From Candidatus Limnocylindrales bacterium (GTDB lineage Bacteria > Chloroflexota > Limnocylindria > Limnocylindrales > CSP1-4): 64,000 nucleotides of DNA. Positions 55,878 through 64,000 of this stretch are shown piece after piece. The notes under the pieces were generated by a model. That model was not told where the DNA came from and did not search any database. It saw only the letters and a list, made by a program, of their open reading frames with translations. Numbering within the stretch: position 1 is the first letter of the stretch; every line of letters starts with the position of its first letter. The position numbers and the translations under genes are program-made. Where the stretch lies: contig DATBKB010000013.1 in NCBI GenBank assembly GCA_036556145.1, forward strand, positions 1,951-65,950, in the 5' to 3' direction.

Positions 55878-58367
55878 GTGGCCACCTCCGGCGCCCCGAC
55901 GCTCGAGCTCGCAACCGAGGTCGGGGCGCCGCGCCTCGTCGAGGTCGCGATCGATGCGGCCGGCGGCGCGAGCAACCGGACGTGGACGTACGCCGTCCCG
56001 CAGCGCCTCGCCGATCTCGAGCCGGGCGAGGCGGTGCTCGTCGACTTCGGGCAGCGGCAGACGCTCGGGATCGTGCTGGGCGAGGCCGCGGGGACGCCGT
56101 CCGCCGACGGCACGGTGCCGGTCGATCCCAAGCCGATCGCGGACCGCGTTCGCGCCGACGGCCCGCTGCTGCCGGCGCTGTCGCTCGCCTTCGCCCGCTG
56201 GATCGCGGGCCACTACCTCGCGCCGCCGGCCCTCGTCGTCCGCTCGATGCTGCCGCCGGGCCTCCTCGAGCGGCTCGAGCTCGTGGCGGAGCTTCGGCCC
56301 GCCGACGACCGGCCCGAGCCGGACGACCCGATCGATCGCGACCTCGTCGCGCAGCTGACCGAGCGGCCGCGGGCGGCACGCAATATCGTCGCGGCCGAGG
56401 GACGGGCGGCCTTGCTGCGACGTCTTCGCGGCCTCGAGGGGCGCGGGTACCTCGCGCTCGACTGGATGCTCAGCGTCGCCGGCGCGGGGCCCCGCTACGA
56501 GCGGTGGATCGCGATCACCGCCGCCGGACGGGACGTCGCGGCCGGAGCGGCGACAGACGGCGCGCGGCTCGGGCCGCGCCAGGTCGCGGCGCTCGCCGAG
56601 CTCGCCGGCGCGAACGCCGGTGGCCTGCTCTCGGCCGACCTGTCGGGACGCCACGGCTCGGGGGCCGTGGCCGGCCTCGTCCGGCGCGGCCTCGCAAGCG
56701 CCGACGTCCGGGAGCGCCCTCGTCGGCCCCTGGCGGCACGACCACCGGGCCTTCGGGGCAGCCGTCCCGCCGGAGCCGCCCTGACGCGGGAACAGCACGA
56801 GGCGGTCGAGCGGGCCGTGGCGGCCATCAAGGCTCGCGACGCGACGCCGTTGCTCCTCGACGGCGTGACCGGCGCCGGCAAGACCGCGATCTATGTCGAG
56901 GCGATCGCCGCGTCGCTCGCGGCCGGTCGGCCAGCCCTCGTCCTCGTCCCGGAGATCGCGCTCGCTCTGCCGCTCGTCGATCGGCTTCGCGCCGACCTGT
57001 CGGCCCGCGTCGCGGTCGTCCACTCGGGGCTCGGCGAGGGCGAGCGCGCCGACGAGTGGCGCCGGATCCGTGCCGGCGACGTGGACATCGTTGTCGGCAC
57101 GCGACTCGCCATCGGCTCGCCCCTCGCCGACATCGGGTTGATCGTCGTCGACGAGGAGCACGACGCCGGATACAAGAGCGACCGGACGCCGCGGCTCCAG
57201 GCCCGTGACGCCGCAGTGCGGCTCGGTGAGCTGGCGGGCGCCGCCGTCGTCCTCGGCAGCGCAACGCCCGCCGTGGAGACCATCGCCCGTGCCCGTGATG
57301 GCCAGTGGCGCCGGGTCGAGCTTCCCGCCCGTCCGACCGGCAGGCCGCCGCAGATCGACGTCGTCGACCTTCGGCTGGAGCTCGCCGAGGGCAACCGCGG
57401 CCTGCTCTCGCGGGCGCTCGCGACCGCGCTGGAGAAGCTGCAAGCGGAGGACGGCGAGCAGGCGATCCTCGTCATCAACCGCCGCGGCAGCGCCTCGGTC
57501 GTGGTCTGCCGCGACTGCGGCCACGTCCAGGCCTGTCCCGACTGCACCCGGCCCCTCGTCTACCACCAGGCCGGTATGACGCTGCGCTGCCACCATTGCG
57601 GCCGCGCGGTGCCCCTCGCCGACCGCTGCCCCAGCTGCGCGTCGCCGCGGATCCGCTACCTCGGCGGCGGCACGGAGCGGGTCGAACGAGAGACGCGCGT
57701 CCGGTTCCCCGGGCTCCGAGTCGGACGGCTCGACCGCGACGTCGTCGAGCGAAAGGGCGCGGCCGCGAAGGTCGTCGATGCGTTCGCGGAGGGGCGGCTC
57801 GACGTCCTCGTCGGTACGGGCCTCGTGACGAAGGGCCTCGACATCCCGGGCGTGACCCTCGTCGGCATCGTGTCGGCGGACGTGGCCCTCAACCTGCCCG
57901 ACGAACGAGCCGCCGAGCGGACCTACCAGCTCCTCGCCCAGGCAGTCGGACGAGCGGGCCGAGGCGACCGACCGGGGCGGGCGATCATCCAGACCTACCA
58001 GCCCGATCACCCGGCGATCCAGGCGGTGGCCAACGCCCGGCCCGAGTCGTTCTACGACGCCGAGCTCGAGCTCCGCCGCCGGTTCGGCTCGCCGCCGTTC
58101 GGCCGGCTCGTCAAGCTGACGGTCGCGATGTCCGACGCGGACGACGCGCGCGCCGAGGCAAACGTGATGGCCGACCGCCTCCGCGCCCGGGCGGTGGAGC
58201 GCGGCGGCACCGTGTCGGTCGTCGGACCCGCGCCCGCATACATCGCCCGACGTGCCGACCGCTGGCGCTGGAACGTCGTCCTGCGAGGCGACGATCCGTC
58301 GGCGCTGCTCGACGGCGGCCTCGAGCCACCGTGGTCGGTCGACGTGGACCCCGAATCGTTGCTCTGA
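55878..58367 (+). CDS. priA: primosomal replication-restart helicase PriA
   Basis: LDGVTGAGKTAIY, VVDEEHD, the zinc-binding Cys cluster CRDCGH...CPDC...CHHCG...CPSC, and GTGLVTKGLD. Confidence 0.93.
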   Translation: MATSGAPTLELATEVGAPRLVEVAIDAAGGASNRTWTYAVPQRLADLEPGEAVLVDFGQRQTLGIVLGEAAGTPSADGTVPVDPKPIADRVRADGPLLPALSLAFARWIAGHYLAPPALVVRSMLPPGLLERLELVAELRPADDRPEPDDPIDRDLVAQLTERPRAARNIVAAEGRAALLRRLRGLEGRGYLALDWMLSVAGAGPRYERWIAITAAGRDVAAGAATDGARLGPRQVAALAELAGANAGGLLSADLSGRHGSGAVAGLVRRGLASADVRERPRRPLAARPPGLRGSRPAGAALTREQHEAVERAVAAIKARDATPLLLDGVTGAGKTAIYVEAIAASLAAGRPALVLVPEIALALPLVDRLRADLSARVAVVHSGLGEGERADEWRRIRAGDVDIVVGTRLAIGSPLADIGLIVVDEEHDAGYKSDRTPRLQARDAAVRLGELAGAAVVLGSATPAVETIARARDGQWRRVELPARPTGRPPQIDVVDLRLELAEGNRGLLSRALATALEKLQAEDGEQAILVINRRGSASVVVCRDCGHVQACPDCTRPLVYHQAGMTLRCHHCGRAVPLADRCPSCASPRIRYLGGGTERVERETRVRFPGLRVGRLDRDVVERKGAAAKVVDAFAEGRLDVLVGTGLVTKGLDIPGVTLVGIVSADVALNLPDERAAERTYQLLAQAVGRAGRGDRPGRAIIQTYQPDHPAIQAVANARPESFYDAELELRRRFGSPPFGRLVKLTVAMSDADDARAEANVMADRLRARAVERGGTVSVVGPAPAYIARRADRWRWNVVLRGDDPSALLDGGLEPPWSVDVDPESLL

Positions 58368-58437
58368 GTCAGTCGCACCGCGCGTCGGCCGCCGGCCCGC
58401 CCCGGCGCCCGGCTGTGGCTCGCCCGTGGCGCCGGCT

Positions 58438-58545
58438 TTTCTCGCCCCACGAGAAACGCGGCCTGGCAAGGCACGCCGCGACGGGCTCATGTGCCCGGTG
58501 TGTCGCCCCACGGCACACACCCTGGTCCGGGACGCAGACCGGACC
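58438..58545 (+). other. three hairpins in the priA-downstream intergenic region; the third is terminator-like
   Basis: tttctcg-cccca-cgagaaa (58438-58456). ggtgtgt..cg-cccca-cg..acacacc (58497-58521). ggtccgg-gacgcaga-ccggacc (58524-58545), followed by TTCGGTTCTCG. Confidence 0.45.
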
Positions 58546-58612
58546 TTCGGTTCTCGACGACGAATCGCGAACGGCGCAACAATGGGCGCACACGAGGACA
58601 CAGGAGGACGCG

Positions 58613-59056
58613 ATGGACGACACGACGCGGTCGACGGGGACGTCGACCGGAAGCACCACCGGCAGCAGCAGCGATCTCACGACGAGCGACACCACCGGCG
58701 ATCCCGGCAAGGACCGCGCGAAGGAGTGGGTCGCCCAGCTCCAGGCGATGATCGACAACCTGGCGACGCACGCCGCGCCCGTCATGCGCGAGGTCGGCGC
58801 CAAGGCCGCGGAGCTCGCGGCGCTCGCCGGCGAGAAGGCCGGACCGATCGCCCACAAGGCGGCCGAGGTCACCGAGGCCGCCGGCCAGAGAGTCGCCGAG
58901 CGCGGGCGCGTCGTCGCCGCCGAGCTTCGCCGCGACGCCGCCGAGAAGTCGGCCGGCGCGACGGATGGCGATTCAGCCGCCGGCTCGAGCGCGACCCGAA
59001 CCGCGGTCGCGACGCCGCCGTCGAGCACGACGCGCAGCGACATCGCCGGGGAGTAA
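58613..59056 (+). CDS. hypothetical protein: Thr/Ser/Gly-rich N-terminus plus an Ala/Glu/Lys-rich helical region
   Basis: An in-frame ATG at 58613, 5 nt after AGGAGGA. MDDTTRSTGTSTGSTTGSSSDLTTSDTTGD...AKEWVAQLQAMIDNLATHAAPVMREVGAKAAELAALAGEKAGPIAHKAAEV... Confidence 0.6.
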   Translation: MDDTTRSTGTSTGSTTGSSSDLTTSDTTGDPGKDRAKEWVAQLQAMIDNLATHAAPVMREVGAKAAELAALAGEKAGPIAHKAAEVTEAAGQRVAERGRVVAAELRRDAAEKSAGATDGDSAAGSSATRTAVATPPSSTTRSDIAGE

Positions 59057-59081
59057 CGCCGGTCCGACCGGGCCCGCTGGC

Positions 59082-59087
59082 TATACT
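59082..59087 (+). promoter_or_regulatory. putative -10 hexamer (TATACT) of leaderless def-fmt
   Basis: TATACT is followed by 6 nt (cggccg) and the GTG at 59094. The spacer is the same as at pyk. Confidence 0.45.
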
Positions 59088-59093
59088 CGGCCG

Positions 59094-59612
59094 GTGAGCA
59101 TCCGACCCATCGTCAAGCTCGGCGACCCGCGCCTCCGCCTGCGCGGCGAGCCGGTGTCGAGCTTCAACAAGACGCTCCACGAGCTGCTCGACGACCTCGC
59201 GCACACGATGCGCGACGCGCCGGGCGTCGGCCTCGCCGCACCGCAGCTCGGCGAGCCGTTGCAGGCCTGCGTCATCGAGGTCGAAGGCCAGCTCCATGAG
59301 CTGGTCAACCCGCGAATCGTCCGCTCGACGGGCGAGGACCGCGACCTCGAGGGCTGCCTCTCGATCCCCGGGTTCGTCGCGTACGTGACGCGCAAGGAGC
59401 GCGTCTGGGTCGTCGCCCAGAACCGGCTCGGGCGGAAGATCAAGGTCGCGGGCTCGGGGCTGCTCGGCCGCGCGCTGCAGCACGAGCTCGACCATCTCAA
59501 CGGTGTCCTCTACATCGACTACCTCGACTCGATGGACGAGCTGATCCCGGTCAACCAGGCCGAGGCCGACTCGCCCGAGGAGGCACGGGAGGCGGCGTCG
59601 GCGCTCGCGTGA
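59094..59612 (+). CDS. def: peptide deformylase
   Basis: GVGLAAPQLG, EGCLSIPG and QHELDHLNG are the three deformylase motifs. Confidence 0.96.
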   Translation: MSIRPIVKLGDPRLRLRGEPVSSFNKTLHELLDDLAHTMRDAPGVGLAAPQLGEPLQACVIEVEGQLHELVNPRIVRSTGEDRDLEGCLSIPGFVAYVTRKERVWVVAQNRLGRKIKVAGSGLLGRALQHELDHLNGVLYIDYLDSMDELIPVNQAEADSPEEAREAASALA

Positions 59613-60532
59613 CGCCGGCGCGGGTCGCCTTCGTCGGCAGCGGGCCGTTCGGAGTCGAGACCCTGCGCCGGCTGACGGCCTCGCCGTCGGTCGAACTGGT
59701 CGGCATCGTCACGGCCCCGCCGCGGCCGGCCGGTCGGTCGCGAGAGCCGAAGCCGACACCGATCGCGATCGCGGCACGCGCCATGTGGATCCCGATCCTG
59801 ACGCCGGATCGGCTCCGGGCACCGGAGTCGGTCGCGGAGGTGCTCGCGCTGCGCCCGGACCTGCTCGTGCTGGCCGACTACGGGCAGATCGTGCCCCCGG
59901 CCCTCCTCGACCTGCCCCACGGCGCCCTCAACCTCCACCCATCGCTGCTGCCGCGGCATCGCGGGGCGAGCCCGATCCAGGCGGCGATCCTCGCCGGCGA
60001 CCGCGAGACAGGGGTCACGCTCATGCGGATGGACGCGGGCCTCGACACCGGGCCGATCGTCGCGGTGGAGCGGGTCACCCTCGACGGCACGGAGACGGCA
60101 CCGGAGCTCGAGCGACGTCTCGCGATCCTTGGCGCGGACCTCCTCGAGCGCTCGCTCGAGCCGTGGATCCGCGGCGACCTGCCCGCGACCCCGCAGCCGT
60201 CGGAGGGCGCCACCGTCACGACGCCACTGCGGCGAGACCACGGCCGCCTCGATGCCTCGCGGCCCGCGGCGGAGCTCGAGCGCCAGGTCCGGGCCTACCA
60301 GCCGTGGCCGGGCAGCTGGCTCAAGACGAACGTCGGGCGGCTCGTCGTCTGGAGTGCCGAGGCCGCGCCGGCCGACGGCGGCAAGCCCGGCGAGATCGTC
60401 GCCGACGCCGACGGCATCGCGCTCCTGACGGCCGAAGGCCGGCTGCGCCTGGTCGAGGTGCAGCCGGCCGGTGGCGGCCGGATGAGCGGCGCGGCCTTCC
60501 GCCGCGGCCGGCCCGCGATCGTCAGCGCATGA
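59609..60532 (+). CDS. fmt: methionyl-tRNA formyltransferase
   Basis: GTGA overlap with def. VAFVGSGPFG..., LNLHPSLLPRHRGASPIQAAIL and a C-terminal OB-like domain are present. Confidence 0.95.
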   Translation: MTPARVAFVGSGPFGVETLRRLTASPSVELVGIVTAPPRPAGRSREPKPTPIAIAARAMWIPILTPDRLRAPESVAEVLALRPDLLVLADYGQIVPPALLDLPHGALNLHPSLLPRHRGASPIQAAILAGDRETGVTLMRMDAGLDTGPIVAVERVTLDGTETAPELERRLAILGADLLERSLEPWIRGDLPATPQPSEGATVTTPLRRDHGRLDASRPAAELERQVRAYQPWPGSWLKTNVGRLVVWSAEAAPADGGKPGEIVADADGIALLTAEGRLRLVEVQPAGGGRMSGAAFRRGRPAIVSA

Positions 60533-61796
60533 CGTCGGAGATCGTCGTCGGCTGAAGGCCGCGCGCCCGGAGGCGCAGGACCATCGACGGCAGCGCGTCG
60601 TAGGTGTTGAACCCGCCGAGGTGCATGAGGACGTCCGACCCGCCAACCGCGTTGACCGCGACCTTGTCGGCGATCTGTGCCGCGGTCGGACCGCCCTGGG
60701 ACACCGGCCGCCAGTCGATCGTGTCGACGTCCCACATGAGCGTCTTCGTGTAGCCGACCGAGGCGACGGCGTCGAGGACGGCCGTGTTGTACGCGCCGTA
60801 CGGCGGGCGCCAGTACGGAGCCGGCTCCATCCCGGTCGCCGTCCGGATGACCGTGGCCGCGGACGTCATCTGGTCGGCGATGAACGACGCGCTCGGCGGG
60901 GTCTTCGGGCAGGGCGCCGTCGTCGGCGAGCCGGCGCCGCCGTCCCGCAGGTTGCAATGGTGGTAGGTGTGGTTGCCGACTTCGAAGAGCTCGGGATGCT
61001 GGCCGATGAGCTTGAGGATCACTTGGCCCTCGACCGTGGCGCCCATCGCGCCGGTCGGGAAGAACGTCGTGCAGACGCGATCGAGGATGAGGCGGTTGAC
61101 GATGTCCTTGCCCGGCGTCAGCCGGCCGCCCATGTCGAACGTGAGCGCGATCTGCCCGGCGCCGTTGGGCAGCGCTCGGAGGACCTGCCGCGTGCCGGCC
61201 GCGACGTGGCCGGGTGACTTGCACGTCAGCGGCTGGGCGCGGAGCACGTTCGGCGACGCGAGCGGAACCCAGTAGCCCGCCCACACGCCGTTGACGACCT
61301 CGCCGAACGGCCGGCCGTGGATGACCGCGCGACGCGCGATCGAGGCGCCGGAGTCGGTGCCGAGGGTCCCGCGCTTCGTCGACGCGATCGCCCAGGCGGT
61401 GTCGAACTTGTAGCCGAGGTAGGTGCCGGCAGGGAAGGCGATCCGGACCGCCGGGTTGTAGCTCGCGTTGACGACCAGCCCGGGGACGTAGGCGATCATC
61501 GACTCCTTGATCCACCAGCCGCTGAACGTGCCGCTGGCGATCCGGAGGTGATGGCCGCGGCCCGTGATGTAGGCGCGAGCGTCCGCGGTGACGTTGGCCG
61601 GCGCGGCGAGCGTGACCTTCTTCGACTGGAGGATCGCGCCGATCGGGGAGAACTTGTAGCCGCTTTGGGGGCCGGCCTCGAGGCGAACGGCGAGGGCCGC
61701 CGATGCCGGGGCGATCGCGGCCGGGACGAGGCCGCCGATGAGCAGCGCCGAGGTGAGGAGCAACGGGAGCCGGAGCCTGGAGGTTCGCTGGATCAT
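60522..61796 (-). CDS. secreted polysaccharide deacetylase (NodB/CE4) with a duplicated N-terminal module
   Basis: Signal peptide MIQRTSRLRLPLLLTSALLIGGLVPAAIAPASA. NodB motifs TFDMGG, NHTYHH and WRPPYG are present. Its 3' end overlaps the fmt 3' end by 11 nt. The track ORF starts at 61841. Confidence 0.82.
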   Translation of the reverse strand: MIQRTSRLRLPLLLTSALLIGGLVPAAIAPASAALAVRLEAGPQSGYKFSPIGAILQSKKVTLAAPANVTADARAYITGRGHHLRIASGTFSGWWIKESMIAYVPGLVVNASYNPAVRIAFPAGTYLGYKFDTAWAIASTKRGTLGTDSGASIARRAVIHGRPFGEVVNGVWAGYWVPLASPNVLRAQPLTCKSPGHVAAGTRQVLRALPNGAGQIALTFDMGGRLTPGKDIVNRLILDRVCTTFFPTGAMGATVEGQVILKLIGQHPELFEVGNHTYHHCNLRDGGAGSPTTAPCPKTPPSASFIADQMTSAATVIRTATGMEPAPYWRPPYGAYNTAVLDAVASVGYTKTLMWDVDTIDWRPVSQGGPTAAQIADKVAVNAVGGSDVLMHLGGFNTYDALPSMVLRLRARGLQPTTISDVMR

Positions 61797-61900
61797 TCGG
61801 GTCACCGCCTTTCGGTGCCCATCCAAGCCGCGCCACATCACGATCCGGTTACGGCCACGTCACGGTCGGGTCGCCGATCGGGCAGGCCCGGACCGCGTGC

Positions 61901-61906
61901 GAGAAT
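61901..61906 (+). promoter_or_regulatory. putative -10 hexamer (TGcGAGAAT) for rlmN
   Basis: GAGAAT, with TG two nt upstream, is followed by 9 nt and the ATG at 61916. There is no Shine-Dalgarno. Confidence 0.4.
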
Positions 61907-61915
61907 GCCGGTTCG

Positions 61916-63124
61916 ATGAACGCCCGCCCGCTCGCCCTCCGCGACCGCCGGCCGGGGCTCTCCGGCGTCGCGCCGGAGGCCCTCGAGGCCTGGTTCCGCG
62001 AGCGCGGCGAGCCGGCGTTTCGAGCCCGACAGGTGGCGGACGCACTCTGGCGGGGTCCGGCGACCTCGGCCGCCGAGGTCCGGACGCTGCCGGCGCCGTT
62101 GCGCGAGGCGCTCGACGAGGCGTTCCGCTTCGACACCCTTGCCTCGACCGAGGTGACCCACGCCGACGGCGGCCTCACCGAGAAGGCGCTCCATCGGCTG
62201 TCCGACGGCGCCCTCGTCGAGTCGGTGCTCATGCACTACCCGGCCGGGGCGGGCCGGCGTGAGCGGCACACGCTCTGCATCTCCAGCCAGGCGGGCTGCG
62301 CCGTCGGCTGCCCGTTCTGCGCGACGGGTGAGCTGGGCTTCACGCGCGACCTCGCGACGGCCGAGATCGTCGACCAGGTCCGGCACGCCGCCCGTCGACT
62401 GGCGCTCGACGGGCGCCGCCTGACGAACGTCGTCTTCATGGGCATGGGCGAGCCGCTCCTGAACCTCGACGCGGTGCTCGCCGCGGTCGAGGCGCTCGCG
62501 GATCCGCGGCGGTTCGGTTTGGGCGCGCGACACGTGACGGTGTCGACGAGCGGCGTCGTGCCCGGGATCCGGCGGCTGACGGCCCTCGGGCCGCAGTTCA
62601 CGCTCGCGGTCAGCCTCCACGCCGCGCGGGACGCGTTGCGCGACGTGCTCGTGCCGCTCAACCGGCGTTGGCCGGTGCGCGAGGTCGTCGAGGCGGCGCG
62701 CGATCACGCCCGCGCGACCGGCCGGCGGATCACCTACGAGGTGACGATGATCGGCGGCATCAACGACACCGAGGCCGACGCCGCGGCGCTCGTCGACCTG
62801 CTGCGCGGCGACCACGCCCACGTCAACCTCATCCCGATGAATGCGGTCGCGCACACGCCGTGGCAGGCGAGCGCGATGCCGGTCATCGAGCGCTTCGCGG
62901 CCCGACTTCGGGCCGGCGGGATCTCGACGACCATCCGGCGCAACCGCGGCCAGGAGATCGGCGCGGCCTGCGGCCAGCTGGCTGCCGAGCAAGCCGGCGA
63001 GCCGGCAGCTCCGGCCGTCGCGCGGCGTCGCGAGCGCATCGTCCGGGAGAGCGCCGCGGCGCTGCGAGGCGAGCGCAGCCACGAGCCCGCACCGGTCGGC
63101 GCCGCCGCCGGAGTGGGGGACTGA
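61916..63124 (+). CDS. rlmN: 23S rRNA/tRNA adenine-C2 methyltransferase RlmN (radical SAM)
   Basis: CISSQAGCAVGCPFCATG (CxxxCxxC), FMGMGEPLLN and a C-terminal GAACGQL are present. Confidence 0.93.
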   Translation: MNARPLALRDRRPGLSGVAPEALEAWFRERGEPAFRARQVADALWRGPATSAAEVRTLPAPLREALDEAFRFDTLASTEVTHADGGLTEKALHRLSDGALVESVLMHYPAGAGRRERHTLCISSQAGCAVGCPFCATGELGFTRDLATAEIVDQVRHAARRLALDGRRLTNVVFMGMGEPLLNLDAVLAAVEALADPRRFGLGARHVTVSTSGVVPGIRRLTALGPQFTLAVSLHAARDALRDVLVPLNRRWPVREVVEAARDHARATGRRITYEVTMIGGINDTEADAAALVDLLRGDHAHVNLIPMNAVAHTPWQASAMPVIERFAARLRAGGISTTIRRNRGQEIGAACGQLAAEQAGEPAAPAVARRRERIVRESAAALRGERSHEPAPVGAAAGVGD

Positions 63125-64000
63125 TGGCCGGCGGGCGTGCCCGCGTCGCCGCGAGCATCCTCGACGCCGACTTCGGGAACCTCGGCTACGCCGTCAAGCG
63201 CGCCGAGCGCGCCGGCGCGGACCGGATCCACCTCGATGTCATGGACGGCCACTTCGTCCCGAACCTGACGTTCGGCCCGAAGACGATCAAGGCGCTCCGG
63301 CCCCGCACGGAGCTGCCGTTCGACGCCCACCTGATGATCTCGAACCCCGGCCGATTCATTGACGAGTACCTCGACGCCGGCTGCGACTCGGTGACGTTCC
63401 ACGTCGAGATCGACGAGGCGATCGCGCCGACCCTCGAGAAGATCCGCGCGGCGGGCCGCGCCGCTGGGCTGTCCGTCAAGCCGAAGACGCCGCTCTCGGC
63501 GCTCGAGCCATACCGGGAGCTGCTCGACATCGTCCTCGTCATGACAGTCGAGCCGGGCTTCGGCGGGCAGCAGTTCATGAAGGACGTGGCGAAGGAGAAG
63601 CTGCTCGCCGCCCGCGACCTGCTGACGCACAAGGCCTTCGGCGCCGAGGTTCACGTCGACGGCGGCATCAACCGCGAGACGGCGGAGCTCGTCGGTGGGC
63701 TCGGCGTCGACGTCCTCGTCGTCGGCTCGGCGCTGTGGATCAAGGGCCACGACATGGGCCGCGAGATCCGGCTCGTGCGGGCCCTCGCCGACGAGGGCTA
63801 CCAGTACCAGCTCAACGATGGCAAGCCGCCCATCCCGCGCGATCGCTGGACGACGTTCACCCAGCTGCCGAAGCACCTGGCGCGGAAGTTCATGGACGAG
63901 ATCGAAGCCGGCGGCATCCCGGTGCTCATGCTCCGCGGCGAGGGCCAGATCAACCCCGACGGTGTCCGCGACTACGACCTGCTCGTGCCGCTGTCGGTCG
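63124..64000 (+). CDS. rpe: ribulose-phosphate 3-epimerase with an extra C-terminal region; runs off the window end
   Basis: Not in the ORF track (no stop in the window). The ATG at 63124 overlaps the rlmN stop (TGATG). My translation: ASILDADFGNLG...IHLDVMDGHFVPNLTFGP...DAHLM...VLVMTVEPGFGGQQF...VDGGIN...VVGSALW. At least 65 further residues follow (YQYQLNDGKPPIPRDRWTTFTQLPKHLARKFMDEIEAGGIPVLMLRGEG...). Confidence 0.88.
   Translation, partial: MAGGRARVAASILDADFGNLGYAVKRAERAGADRIHLDVMDGHFVPNLTFGPKTIKALRPRTELPFDAHLMISNPGRFIDEYLDAGCDSVTFHVEIDEAIAPTLEKIRAAGRAAGLSVKPKTPLSALEPYRELLDIVLVMTVEPGFGGQQFMKDVAKEKLLAARDLLTHKAFGAEVHVDGGINRETAELVGGLGVDVLVVGSALWIKGHDMGREIRLVRALADEGYQYQLNDGKPPIPRDRWTTFTQLPKHLARKFMDEIEAGGIPVLMLRGEGQINPDGVRDYDLLVPLSV

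Overview
This is a very GC-rich window (by eye about 70% G+C, not computed), densely packed with mostly plus-strand housekeeping genes. I found no rRNA, CRISPR array, transposase, integrase or phage gene.

**Gene order**
- plsC-like (partial, minus strand), pyk, a HicB-like/DinB/GNAT fusion, uvrA
- A LacI-regulated sugar ABC transporter with a GH116 beta-glucosidase
- Two unknown small genes converging on a short UvrD-like helicase
- A secreted four-HYR-domain protein
- uvrC, secDF, recJ, a TolB-like propeller, pyrF, tatAC, rapZ, yvcK-like, whiA, tpiA, gpmI, secG, an orphan family-5 SBP
- tRNA-Leu, tRNA-Leu, a repeat-rich spacer, tRNA-Val, lemA, htpX
- tRNA-Phe, Gly, Gln, Cys, Leu
- A minus-strand block of small genes headed by an orphan TadZ/CpaE-like gene
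- rpsF-ssb-rpsR, TauE/DUF1634/CaCA, ilvE, a processive GT2-like synthase converging on an LCP gene
- ileS-lspA-rluD-gmk-priA, an unknown protein, def-fmt, a CE4 deacetylase (minus strand), rlmN, rpe (partial)

**General features**
- Many gene pairs are joined by GTGA, ATGA or 8-nt overlaps, which suggests translational coupling.
- All eight tRNA genes encode their CCA ends.
- The gene set suggests an actinobacterium-like or Chloroflexota-like organism. I cannot be more precise than that.

**No clearly novel multi-gene system is evident.** The most unusual items are:
1. An orphan TadZ-like gene followed by three small genes. Two of these fall below the ORF-track cut-off: a 57-aa internally duplicated protein, and a 36-aa hydrophobic peptide with a twin-hairpin leader.
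2. A recurrent leaderless-type promoter geometry, with TANNNT placed 6-9 nt before start codons. This includes a 42-bp divergent LCP/ileS region.
3. A bacterial HYR-domain surface protein with a (PTPV)16 linker.
4. Two repeat-rich intergenic regions.

**Limits**
- Product names come from motifs I recognised in the translations, not from database searches.
- CDS starts were chosen in-frame with the supplied ORF track.
- Coordinates of non-coding motifs may be off by 1-2 nt.
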